This document shows, piece after piece, positions 38,850-51,659 of a stretch of 64,000 nt of DNA. The DNA comes from Dicyema japonicum (taxonomy: Eukaryota; Animalia; Dicyemida). Location: positions 62,001 to 126,000 of the forward strand of contig RDEW01000022.1 in assembly GCA_011109175.1 (NCBI GenBank). Reading direction: 5' to 3'. How positions within the stretch are numbered: the stretch's first letter is position 1; each line of letters begins with the position of its first letter. The position numbers were made by a program, and so were the translations under genes. The notes below the pieces were generated by a model. It was not told the DNA's origin, made no database searches, and was given only the letters and a program-made list of their open reading frames with translations.

Positions 38850-39279
38850 AGGTAGAATTATTTAATATTTAATTGATTTAAAATAATTATAAGAAAGATT
38901 ATAAAACTAGAAAATTATTAGTAATATAACTGAGTTAACATTGTTCCGCCAATTATTGCTTTTTTTAACCACCTGGTTCTTTTAATCAAAAGAACCCGGC
39001 GGCCAGTGAGGAAAGCCGAAACTGCTAGTCCTAAGGGAGGGCGTATACCAATGCATCCTAAAAAAGGGATATTTTACATTCAGTTTAGTCAGTGTGATCA
39101 AAAAGTGTGTTCAGAAAATTATTTTATAGACGATCTAGCGACCTGTCGAAGGTCTTCAAGAGTTCCATGCACATGGGGTCATCAATAACGGGAATAATAG
39201 ACAGCGAAGAAAAATTCCGCTAGAAAAAAAGTACATTACTTAAGTCGAAGGAAAAAAATTGCGGAAAAAAGTTCAGTCT

Positions 39280-39790
39280 TTTGTAGAGTTGAGATTTTTT
39301 ACGAGAGGGGAGATGAAGGAGATGGTGCCTTTAGTGATTTGTAAGTTAATCCCCTCAACAAATCAGCTTCTCATCGCTTTTCTTCCTCCCGATAATCTAT
39401 CTAGTGCAGTTCAGCAGGGTTGTGATCTGCTTCCAATGGTCTCTGATGTTTTGACGACTACTTGTTCAAAAATCAACTTTCCACAATATCAAATATTTGT
39501 ATTTTATTCTACTCTAATTACTAAACTGATCAGCCAACATCAAGTCCATAAATACTTTGATATCCTCGGTATTACGTTAATCACAAGTTCTGTAAATTCA
39601 TCACTGGTAAATCAAGGAACCACGTGTCGGACTTCTATTATTGAGGAAGTCTTATTGCAAAGAATCCTGCCAGCAACTTTGAAACTAAGGTTAATACGAC
39701 TGGAAAAATTTTCTGGCAGAGGATTCGAGCGCGTGAACTCCGGCTTTACCTTAGATGTGTTGCAACGCAGTCTGATCAATAGAAAAAGAT
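39280..39790 (-). mobile_element. LINE RT C-terminal remnant
   Basis: Minus frame VEYKYL..VDF..NIRDHWK..LLNCTR*IIGRK with stops. Confidence 0.5.
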
Positions 39791-41846
39791 ACTAAGACTG
39801 CTGAGGGAGGCTGGGCTCACTGTTCTCTACTGGTTATTGTGCCTTTCGAGGATTTTTCTAGTTTTTCTATAGAAAACTTCAATCTCTTCTCTATAAATTA
39901 TGGTAACTAAATATAAGAGAAACTGACTGTTAGGAATTCTATTCTTCCACAAAACTCGAGTAAAAATCAGAATCATTCTCAATTTGTAGAAAACACTAAC
40001 ATAATTCCATTCTCTCCCATCTTCTACGTAACTCGACCTAAGATTTCTGATACAAACTTTCCAAAGTCACCAATGTCGGAAATAACTGCAGTATTTAAGT
40101 ATATTTTTGATTTTTTGAGATAACATTTTGTCGATAGCCGAATTAAATACTGAAGTTGAATTTTTTTTAGTTTGTGTTAATTTTAAATTTAAAGATTAAT
40201 AAAATAAACACATTTGAGTTGAAAATTTTAAAATATTCATGAAAAAAGGTACAATTAACAAATGTGACGTCCCTAGATTATGTAATTCTACTTTATGTGT
40301 AAGAGTCTTAAAAATAAAAACTGTGACAGTCTCCCGAAAATAAAAACTTCTCATAAAATTAATTAAAACGACGTTTTCGTCAAAATCGTAAAAGTTATAT
40401 GATAAAATTAAATCATTATTAGCGAGTTATGCCAATTCCCTTATGGTTGAAAGGAAAATATGTAAAATTGGGAAAACTATCGAAAATCTTAATCGGGGTT
40501 TCAAAAAGCCTAACGTATCTGGTACTTATCTTCAGCGATGACTTGCTTTTACGATTTTCTTTGGGATTCGGGGATTGTCGGGGTAGAAGTCGGTTGGCAA
40601 GCCCTTCCGATTCTTATTACTTCCCCAGTCACTTAATTTGCAATGTTTACTTTATAATAACTTGGATATCAGCGAATTGTAACATTCTTAGAATTTCCAT
40701 ATATTTTTTTTCAAAGTGTGTTTAATTTTATTAATTTTTTTATTTAAAATTTTTGAAAAAGTTAATAAGTTTTTGTGTTATAATTTTATTTCCACTCTGT
40801 GCTCGACGTGAAAGTGGTTGATCTCTGTGAGCGTTCTGTCTTAGTGGCGCGTTTTTTAACAGTCGCGAGTTTCCTAGAAGCTTGCGAAACTCAGGTTAAT
40901 AATCTAATTTCCATTCTACAATTACCATTAATTTAGATATCTTTTAAATAATGAATTATTATATTGTGTTGATTACAAAATTTTTTTTATCGGTTCTCGT
41001 GTGAAAACAAGAATTGATGAAAACAAGAAATATAAGATATACGATGCCGAATGTCAGCTCAATTCAGCGAACCATAGAAAAAATTATTCATAATAGCTGA
41101 TCTGTTCTACAATATATTCATTTAAAAACATCAGTAAACAAATTAAATTTTTGTTGAGAAAAAAGGCAAATAGGGTGGTTACCATTAATTTCTTACCAGT
41201 TCTATAGCAAGTCCCAAAACGCAAAAACAGTATGTCCCATAAATTAATCATAAAAAACAAATGTCACTTATGCCCATTGTATTGCTACGAATTAGTAAAC
41301 AAAAATTCTTCAATTCTCGAATCTTTAGTTTTCCCCATCATTTTTCAGCCAAAGGAAAATTGTATATTTAACAAATGTGGCCTTAATTTACTATTCTAAA
41401 TACCGTAATATAGATTCGAACTCACATAGTATAAATCTCTATTTCTACTTTTGACTTGATGGGAGACACTATTTATTTGGAACTTAAAGAAATTTCCATT
41501 CCTCAATAACGCTTTATCAGTAGATTGCATACATTAATGTTGGGGATATATTCCTTAAACAGATCTGGGACAAGTGGGATTCAAACCCAGTTGTATTTGA
41601 CGCTTATTATTTCAACAAGTTCCCATATCCGATGTCACGTGAGTATATCAATAGGAGAGTGTATAAGTCCCATATTCAGGAGAACCGACTTATAGTTCAA
41701 TACCACTACGAGGCACTATTTCTCAGAAAACTAAATCAGCCCTCTGACCACAAGATTATTGGTCTCCTATAAAATAATGACTGATAAATCAACGTAAAAG
41801 CAAAAACTACTAACAAAAAAAAATGTATCAATAAAAAGTCGGACTA

Positions 41847-42608
41847 TTAAGCCATAACAGTTCCTTTAGCTTTGGCATTTTGCTTAAGCCTAAGCTCTCT
41901 GTCTGCCATAGTAGACAGCTTAATTCCTTTATCATTAGTCAACGAAATCCACGGAGTATTCCTCGTCCAATAATAAATATATTTTGCATCCTAAACTCAT
42001 TCCACCACCAAACCGAGTACAAAACTTGTGATGAGCTTGATCTTCAACATACACAATGTCATACACACCAGGGTGTCTCTCAATCTTATTGACCACTCCA
42101 ACTCTACCAAGGTTACGTCCTCCGGTTATGATGCACAGATTCCCTAGAGATGAGGAATAACTCCAACCTTTGTCCATGCTTATGTGGTCCCTAATTTCCC
42201 CTGTGGCCAAATGGAACATTATAGTGTCGTTAGCCTTTACTGTGGGGTTTGGAAAACGGATTGTCCGACCGTCATATGTGTACAGATATGGAATCTTTTG
42301 AGGTCCAATTATCGTTTTCTTAACCTTGCAGAGCTTCACCTGGAGAGATGATCTGTTCTGATTTTCTTGTCGCCTTCTTTCGGCTATTTTCTTTGTCTGT
42401 TGGTAGTTGAGAGCAATTTTGAAATATTCTCGAAGTACCAGTGCCATCGAAATACACTCTCGCTGTTTATGAAGTCCTGATCTTGGCTTTGGGCAAACAA
42501 TCTGTCCAATTTACTGAGCATCCACTTTTTGGAGCATTTACTCGTTTCATGTGTCTCTTTATTCCCTTAACACCCTTTAAGAATATTAAGTATAAACGTT
42601 CCAAACAT
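41847..42608 (-). pseudogene. RPS4: 40S ribosomal protein S4 (eS4), intron-containing copy with internal deletion
   Basis: KRHMKRVNAP, WML, KLCKVKK, DGRTIRFP, GNLCIITGGRNLGRVG, ERHPG, PWISL. Introns at 42144-42167 and 41991-42013. Four 1-nt losses, and roughly 50 codons missing near 42340-42375. Confidence 0.92.
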
Positions 42609-43929
42609 ATCAACACGTATTACAATTTATTTAATTCAAAATATTATAATAATAAAATAAATTCAATTAAATATAATTATTATTAATAGGTGATCAAGAA
42701 TTAACTTTTTTTTTAAAAAGGTGCTTACTTTAACATTTTCATAGACAGGTGAGGGATCTGGCTAAGAACAGAAAAGCCAGGAAAAAGCTAACTCTTTCTC
42801 TTATATTTTTTGCTGCACATGTGGGGCTATAAATATTATGGCTCTCGTAAAAGTGCTAAAAATAAGGTGCTTACTTTGGAATTTTTAATTTCATTTTGTA
42901 TCAAGTCGTTATGAGGACTGACAGAGGATAGATACTACAAAATTGTTTGTGCCCTACTTTGTAGCGTTGTCTCTTCGCAACGAAGCGTAATATATTCTGT
43001 AGATTTGAAAAAAACTGATATTACAAAGCCCACAATAAAAACAACAGAAGCTCATTACTCCGTCACTCTGAACGCCCTTTTAGGTAGCTTTGATCTATGG
43101 GGTATTTTCGCTTTATTTTACGATTTTTAAGGGAACTCTGACATTTTGCCTAAGGAAACGTTCAATCAAATTTAAAAACACTAAGAATAACAAATTGAAA
43201 ATATAAGAAATGATTGTACAACTGAAAAGCTGGTCTATCAATCAGAGCAAACAGAGTGCTATCAATGGTGCGGAATTATAATGATTGAGCTGATTATGAT
43301 ATTTTTTCGGTTGATGATGTTCATCTCGAAATCTGAATGTAATAATTAGAGAAGGTTCTTTTTTCCGAAGAGGGAGAAGATCTTATTTCTCCAAGAGAAG
43401 ACTAGGAGAGCTGCAATTAAGCTCTCCTCAAACAAGAAACTGAAAGACTGTCTAAGCGAGGTCGAAAACAAGCTGGTCAACCGATTAGCAGGATTGTGGA
43501 GGATCGGATCAATGGTTTCAGAAGGACATCAAAAATCCAGGAAACGTATATAAAACTGGGAGAAACGTCCTGAAAATCTTAATAAAACAACAAAGAAGAC
43601 TTCAGGTGTGGTGTTCAAGCATTATGGTAGGACTCAGATGTAACACCCTCCAGAAAACTCCTTAACTCTTTTGTTAATAAATCGTTGTTATTGTTATTAT
43701 AATTAGGGAAATCGAAAGTCAATAAAGTCAACTCAGGTTATTTGCTTAATTTGTTTGCAAAAATAATATCACAAATTGTTTTTTATTTTTTAATAATAAC
43801 TTTTATTTTTATCTCAAAATGTAGTAATTTAGAAATTAATAATTAAAAAAATAATTATAATAGTTGGATATTAATATAATTTGTAGTTTTGGCTGAGGTG
43901 GTGACGTCCCTCATTTGCACGTAGGTCTA

Positions 43930-44420
43930 AAACACGCCCTGGAGGAATCTTACTTGAGACGGATGACGTGGATTTTATTTCCGAGGACGTCAATGATATC
44001 AGGATTGCTCTTAATCATGCTCCTGGAGTATTTAGAGAGAGGTTCATGAAAATGAACTAAAAAAACCGATCTTATTACAATCAAACAAGAAAGCAAACTT
44101 ACCGATGAGATATGGAGAGAGCAACAAAAGTCAGGTGTTTGCCAGACATTCTGGAAAATGTTCAGCAAAATAGATATTGTCAACAATAGCAGTGAGAGAC
44201 TATAATCGCTGCGGCTGAAATACGTGCGTGTTTCAAGAGCAGTAATAGCACGACTATACAATGCTTTCGTTCTATCCATGCTGCTCTACTCTCGGAACGT
44301 GGGGACTAATTCAGCTATGAAAGACAACTAATGATACAGACAGCCTCCGATAAATAGCAATATCTAGAAGAGTGTGGAGGTGTTCAACAGACAGGATCTT
44401 CCTGGTGTGGCATAAGAGAT
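43930..44420 (+). mobile_element. RTE-like LINE RT C-terminal remnant
   Basis: VIARLYNAFVLSMLLY matches the K.RLYNA.V.S.LLY motif. Confidence 0.5.
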
Positions 44421-45610
44421 TGCTGTCGTTTTGCCAAAAAACAAAATTCCCGATTCTGAAAGAGTTTTTTTTATTGTTAATAAATATCCAAAATAATTTT
44501 TATTTTGACGCAAATTTATTATGTAAATTATGAATTTTATTTGTAATTTCTAAGAAGCAGTTATCAATAGATAAACACAGGCAAACTCAAAAACATGTTG
44601 CAAGGATTCCAAATACGAACAATACATCAAGATTATATTAAAAATGACTGCTGATTGTGTTGCTATTGATTTCGTTGAGATATTTTATCTGAGAATATAC
44701 TGCTTTGTAATCTACGAAAATTTGCAATCATAAACTTTTATGACAAAGGTTGAAATGCAGCAGAGAAATGGATGGCAAACTTTCCAAAAAGAGATGCCAT
44801 CATTGACTCGTATGTCGCAGTACAGAATAAACTATGAGGGGTTTGAAGGCGCAGAGGAGAGTCGTAACTATGGCAGAACTTATGGTGAGAAGCCCCAAAT
44901 TAATACCTTCTTTACTTTCCTCTAAGAAAGACGTGCAGGAAACGGTCTGGCTGAAGCAACAATTGGGATCGCAGAAACATAAGCCAGGAATATCATTTAT
45001 AACAAATATTTCATATGAAGCCCCACAATCTGGTGTGAAATGAAAAATGACAATATTGCAATTTCACTTTAGCAGAAAAGACCAGATTAGAAAGAAAAAT
45101 TGAACAAGTTCGACGTTTGATAACATGATGTCATAATTTAAATTCATTCAAAATGACATCATTTCTTAAATTACAAATTTCCCAAAATTTAGTCACCCGC
45201 ATTTAAACCTCGACTTTTGTGGATTTACTGATTGATGATCTAGATATACTTCACCTGTCGAAATTAGAGGATTTTCCATTGAACAACAATTTCATGAACT
45301 TTGGAGAAAATACTAGAATAATGAATTTATTTGTAAATATGCCACCTTTCAGATTTCAACTTGATGAACCCGCTTATATGTGACTAAACAATCAATATGA
45401 GAATATCACGTAATAATGCATGAGAAAATGATAAAAATACAGTTAAAGCCTGATAATATAAGAAATATTTAAATCCTGAATATTAGGTTATATGACAAGT
45501 GTGATACGAATTTAAAATTTACACTCTCAAGTAGTGTTATTCCGTTTTACTAAGCCATTTTATAAATATATCCATCCGTTGCAGAATTACCCACAATAAC
45601 AAAATAATCA

Positions 45611-45752
45611 GGTACATAGGTAGAGCCACTTGGGAGTATGGATAGAAAAATATGCCAGATACATAGGTAGAGCCTACTCGGGAGTATGTATAGAAAAATA
45701 TGCCAGGTACATAAGTAGAACCTACTTGGGGTATGAATAGAAAAATATGCCA
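45611..45752. repeat. Tandem repeat, 3 x 47-48 bp
   Basis: Unit ggtacataggtagagcc(t)acttgggagtatggatagaaaaatatgcca starting at 45611, 45658 and 45706. Confidence 0.95.
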
Positions 45753-46369
45753 GAAAGGATCGACGTAGATAGAGGACGTGAAACAATTGTATTTTAAAAC
45801 TAGTGGCCCTTGGTAGGTGTTGAAATAAAATTATAAAAAATCCAACTTTTATTATTTGCCTCAAATTAGCTTTTTGTCCAAAACAATTAGTTCTTACGTT
45901 ACTCAATCATTCCCTTATTCTTCAGTTGAGCGAATGTCGAGATCACTGCTATCCACAAAAGTGGGGGACAACGGATCAGTTTAAAAAACGACCATAAATG
46001 CATTATGGAAGCGGTGCAATGACTAGGTTTTATTCAATATAAAATATCACACATTATGTAATCTCATTGTTTTCCGCAGATTTTTAATATTTTGATTCTC
46101 AACAGTTCTTTTTTTAAATTTTCATTAATTTTTGAATTTTGTTTTTGAAATCGATTTAATTAAAGTACTTTTGTAAGGTAATTTATGAAGTAATCATAAA
46201 TGAGCAATATTTGTGCAGAATTTAACCGCGTCTTTATTTGGGTTTGAATGCTTTTCATTGTTCCAGTAAATTTTAGTATTAATTATGAAATTTAAGTCTG
46301 TCAGTTATGTTGATGTCTAATTTGTACAAAGTTTCATAAAAATATTGATTAAGATTCATAAATAATATT

Positions 46370-46920
46370 CCGTATGATATTTGTTAACACATGTTTGACT
46401 TACGTTTATGAATGAAATTAGTGATGCTCAATTATTTATGGTGAATCACGGTATTTGAGTTAGTTTATATATTTGTGATTATTTAATTATTACGTGAATA
46501 GAAAATTATCTCATATTTCCATAATCGGATGAACGAGTTTGTTACATTCCAACGAGTTTTACATTCCTCCACTATAAAAATAGTGGAGGATCTATCGTAG
46601 GGTTTCCATTATTGTATTTTAATTGACTATCTGTTCCCGAGTAGAAACATAGCATATTTTAGAAATTCTCAATCCCCTCAGAAAAATTGATTTAAGAGGT
46701 ATAAATAACATTCCAGTAAAGTACTTGATGAGAAATGTATACGTTGTTAAAAAATATTATACACTGAGAATATTGTATTATATGAAGTATGTTGACATTA
46801 GTTTGTATTTTACGTTTACGAATAAAGTTAGTGAATATTCAATTATTTACGGTGAATCTCGGTATTTGAGTTTATTTATATATTGTTGATTATTTAATTA
46901 TTACGTAAATATTAAAATTA
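46370..46920. repeat. Two copies of a ~130-bp AT-rich repeat (46370-46500, 46790-46920), with a third starting at ~63945
   Basis: Shared ttacgttta.gaat.aa.ttagtga...tcaattattta.ggtgaatc.cggtatttgagtt. Confidence 0.75.
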
Positions 46921-48792
46921 TATAATAATATCACAATTTAATAATTTATTTTAAATTATCATAAATTACCGAATTTATTTAAACAAAATATTAGCAACAA
47001 ATCAGGTTCCAACACCAACAAGGAAAACGGACTTAGCGACGGACAAAGTCTCAACCAATTTTTCCAAACGGATCCTAGTTTTCGGAAAGGGTTGGAATAA
47101 CGGGAATGATCTGTCTCGGTTGAGACATTCTTAGTATTTTTTTTGGCATGTTGGGAATTTGAGTGACAGAATGAGTTGTCAATGGTAAACGTAGGGCAGT
47201 TAACGAGACAACGTACGAATCATCCCGCATGAAAGATCTTCTATGGCAGAATTTCAAAATGGTCACCCCATCAAATGACGACTTTAAACGATGTTTGATG
47301 GTATAGTTGAATGCGATGTGTAGGTTTTCAACCATGTCTTCCTTTTCCGTTAGTTAGTGGATGGGCATGCGCAGAGGCGTGACTACGGGGGCCATAAGGG
47401 TAGCTGCCCCAGGAATTACGCTTTAAGGGGTGGCAAGTCCAAGTCATAGAGTTTACATTATTAAGTTATACTCACTTTTTTCTGTTTCTTCATCATAGAA
47501 AATATCGACAGCTAATGATCACAGTTTTTTATTGACATCGCTGAAAACTTAGAGCCATCGGTTTTAATATATGGCAGACGCGTGTTCGCTGTGAATCCCC
47601 TTATGTCTCTTCGTAATGAAGCGCGGTCAGTGACCTTGTTATGACGGCGATTTCACGCTTGCGCGGTAAAACCTGCGAGACGACGGTTGTTTTCCTTGCT
47701 ACAGTTTTCTGTTTTAATTTCTTGTGTGTAGAAATGCTCCTGTTACTTAGAACGATGAAGCCAAAGACAACGTTTTTGGTTTGAAACTTTGTCAAGCAAT
47801 AAAGACCGTTTGCAGAGAAAATTGCTTATATATTCCATGCAAACAAGCTGATTTTTGCTTTGTTTGTTTTTTTTATTTTCAATATGAAAATCTAATTTTT
47901 GTAACGAAAATGGAATTAGCGACTGGAGATATTTAAATCCCAGTATTTATGAGCATGAAATAAGTCCAGATCACAATATTTAGATTTTGCAAAAAGATTT
48001 TAAAAATCAAGCACGATTGATTACAAAATCAAAGAGCATATTTTGAAACTTTTTCGAGATAATCAAATTGTTAACGATATGCATATGAAACAAATTTTGG
48101 ATACTTTTTACGATAAAAAAGCGTTGTAGTCACTGAATTTTGGAGGGGTAATTCTTTATCGTAATTTTTCGCGTCCGTTCCAGAGAGTGCGGGGATCACG
48201 AGATAAGTCGATTTTAGGGACTGCTGTCTGGAAGGCAAAATTAACTCCGCCAGATGTACTGAAAAATCACTTAACAGACTACCATGACTCAATTGGATCA
48301 CTGGCTAATAATCTAGTAGAGACAATTTAAATTATGTTAAAATGCAAATGAGGGCTATATGGCTCACGTGCTTATTTATTTACCTCTAGTCCCTTCAAGT
48401 GAAGAAAACGGATGGCTAAAAAAACATAAAACCCAATGACGGACATTCTCAGAAAACCAAAAAGGTTATTACCGTGCGTGAAATAAACAGAAGGTGGTTT
48501 CATGTTGAAACTGCTTGTGTAGAAAATTTGTAGCGAACAGATCCAACTTATTTCCCTTACCAAGCAACTACCAAATACTTTGCTTGGTAGTTACTACATT
48601 GCGACATTTTGTATATTAATCCATAATTCCATAATTTATATTTCACTTCAATTGCTATGAGGTTAATAAATTTTTATTAAATTGAATTAAAATAAAAAAT
48701 TATTTTTTTAATAAGTAAATAAATAATAAATTATTCCTAAATATTAACTAACATCTCGTAAATATTACATAATTGTGGTGATAAAAATAATA

Positions 48793-50165
48793 ATGAACGA
48801 TATAGTTAAAGGTTGTTAAAATTAAACAATTTAATAGTGATTGTGGTGTATTCTATAATTTCGATTGGCCTTGCGAATTCCTATAGTGTAACCAAATTAT
48901 CAAATGAACCGGAACCGACGTGGAGAATTGATTCAAATCAGTATTCCATATTAATTAGTGAAAATTTTATCTTAAGAATAATAAAAATGTAAAAAACTTT
49001 TATAATTTTAGAATTAAAGTACAAATTTTTACCATTCAATTGTTTCATTGTCTAGTAGTGGATTTTGTATCTTATTCAAAGTTAATCGGATAATAATTCA
49101 ACTTCTAATTTAAATTATAAATAATATTTATATTTTTCAGCCATTTATCTATTGATATTTCTGGTAACTTGTTAAAATATGTTTAGATAATTGGTATTAC
49201 AATAATATTAATTATGATTTCCAGACTGTATATCAGAGCGATACACTTGAAAGTCAATTTGCTGATGATAGTTTGACTTTTAAAGCGTACAAAATGAAAA
49301 TCCAAATATACATCACAGAGGAATTTACAACTTTATAAAATGATGGTTACTTTTATTATGAATTTAAGTTACTAAATACGGATCTACTGAGCCTATTCCA
49401 GGTTAACCACAAATTAGTAACTTATGTCGCCTATTTGGGTTATTTTATTTCTAACATATTTTAGCTGACTCGACTACCACAACATCAACGGAGACTACGA
49501 GTATGTATAATTTTTATTTATTTATTATTCAATTCATAATTATCCATAAATATTTTATCTTGACTCTTATATAGTTAAACCAAATTTGGACTCGTCTACG
49601 TGCAGTATATTCAACCGTCTCTAACTTACGGGTGTGATGCATGGGAAGCCAACCTATCAAACAGGAATATAGAAAAACCTTCCAAAATGGCCAGTAAGGG
49701 TTTGCAAAGGATTTCAAAGACACCTCTAAACCCTACACCTCTTGAGGAATTAGCGAGGAATACCGCAGCCTTACTACGCTCCAAAAAAGTTAGAAACCCC
49801 CGCCCAATCCGGAAATGCGTTGGAACATGGGAAGAACACCAAACAAGAATGAGATGGCTACTCGAGGCGGACGGAATCACTTGACGGCTATGTAGTTATT
49901 TAATTTGTCGGTGATTTTTGGTTTTTAACAATAATAATATAGTTAAACCAACTACTACAACATCAACATCAACTGAAACTACGACTCAGGGTACAGTATT
50001 AATATTTATTAATCATTCCTAAAATCATATTAACTATTTATATTTGAAGACTTAACCGCTACACTATTTTCGATGAATAATCCTTCACGCATGACTTCTG
50101 TAAATCATCTCTTTGAAACATCACTGGAACTGTAGGCTGTGACTGCACTATTGATATTAATTTGA
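48793..50165 (+). CDS. Putative secreted or surface Thr-rich (mucin-like) protein, 10 exons, one in-frame TAA
   Basis: Exons 48793-48811, 48838-48988, 49012-49080, 49141-49163, 49187-49345, 49369-49401, 49465-49500, 49943-49990, 50050-50099, 50136-50165 total 618 nt, all GT-AG with consistent phases. Signal-like VIVVYSIISIGLA, Thr-rich exons, hydrophobic end AVTALLILI*. TAA at 49336-49338. Confidence 0.6.
49570..49900 (+). mobile_element. LINE family A 3' fragment inside intron 7 of the Thr-rich gene
   Basis: YIQPSLTYGCDAW and PTPLEELARN, similar to 60857-61000. Confidence 0.65.
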
Positions 50166-50396
50166 TTTAAATTAACATTGAGTTTGAGTTGATTAATAAA
50201 TATTCGGATTATATACGCAACCATTATTTCTTAAAAACGGTAAACCCTTATTAATCTGAACTAACAAATTTTGGTGCCTTTCGGATTGTGAAAAATATAT
50301 ATACTAATTTCATTTTTTAAAGACAATTATTCAACAAAGAAACACATGTTAGTTGAGGAAGCCGGCTGCGTAAGTCGCGAACGAGTTCCCTTAGAG

Positions 50397-51641
50397 CAGG
50401 TTTCCCAAAGTGGGTCTTGAGAAATTCAAAGAGGGCGTTTATGAGTAAATCGTTGATCGTGGTGTTTTTAATTTCAAGGGGGCGATAATAAATTAGTTGT
50501 AAAATTTATATCATACATTATGTGTATTTTTATTATTCAACAATTATTTTTTGCTCGAAAGCTTGAAACTGATACAAAGGGGAAATCAATGTTCGACAAA
50601 GTCCATGAATTTCTCTGTATTACAGATATACCATTAACAAATATAGTTGCATGTGCAACTGATGGGGCACCTTCAATGATTGGTCGCCATCGCGGTTTTA
50701 TGGCATTCTTAAAACAACACGTAATGATTATTCATTTCGTGATCCATCGACATCATCTGGTGGCTAAAAATACAAATGGTCGTCTGCATGACTCTCTCAA
50801 TACAGTTAATTCTGCTCTTAACAAAATTAAATCCAACTCTTTTAATTCACGTATTTGTTGAGAGCTATGTATTGAAATAATTAAGATTTTATACGATTAT
50901 TAATACATACTGAAGTTTGGCGCGGATATTCTCTCTTTCAGCACTGTTGTAGTTCAGCCCGGAACTAGAATCCGTTAAACATGATGTGGCTTATTTATAT
51001 TTTTGCTAAATTTAATGAACTTAACATGAAATTACAATTTGCTGATATTAATTTAATCAAGGTAGTAATTTTTTAAAATTATTTTAGGGAAAGTCACTTA
51101 TTTCTGCTTTTATTTCAATACTACCTTTATTTGTAGGAATATTGGCAAAGAATTAATCCAACTTCCACGTCTCAACGGTCTTAAAGACTTTCTGATGATT
51201 TCGAAATTTATATTGAACATTTGATCACTCTTGAAAAAGATATGAAGGGACGTTTCAAAGATTTATGTGAACTCAAAATCCGATTGGGTAATAGACCCCT
51301 TCAGAATGTAGATGACGTTGAATCTTGTTGTCAAGAGGAACTAATTATGTTAAAAACGATTTTGAAATTAAACCCACTTTTAAACACCCGTCATATCAAG
51401 ATTTTTGGTTAAAAAAAGATATTTTTAAAAAATATTCTGTTATGGAAAAAATTCAAAATTGTTTTTTATTGCTTTCCCCACTTTTTTGGTCGAGAGAGGC
51501 TTCAGTATTGTATCACAGCTAACCAAAAAGAGAAACCGCTTGGACATTGTTGAAAGAGATCTACGGAATAGGCTTACAAACATGAACCCAAATATTGAGA
51601 AACTTGTGTCTAACTTTTTGCAACATCATTGTTCACATTAA
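50397..51641 (+). mobile_element. hAT (Buster/SCAND3-like) transposase remnant with left TIR
   Basis: TIR-like caggtttcccaaagtggg; CATDGAPSMIGRHRG..IHRHHLVAK; VERGFS..KKRNRL. Confidence 0.9.
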
Positions 51642-51659
51642 TATTTCAAACTCGTTACC

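Noticed and set aside
39259-39795. 178-aa plus-strand ORF as a novel protein
   Set aside because: It is antisense to a LINE RT remnant and has no recognisable motif.
41560-41620. tRNA-like sequence on the minus strand (gggtttgaatccca)
   Set aside because: Too short, with broken arms; at most a SINE-head relic.
45611-45752. CRISPR array
   Set aside because: Units are contiguous with no unique spacers, and the context is eukaryotic.
49336-49338. TAA reassigned to an amino acid
   Set aside because: Single instance; TAA ends the CAP and RPS4 models normally. A 32-nt intron plus a 1-bp indel also explains it.
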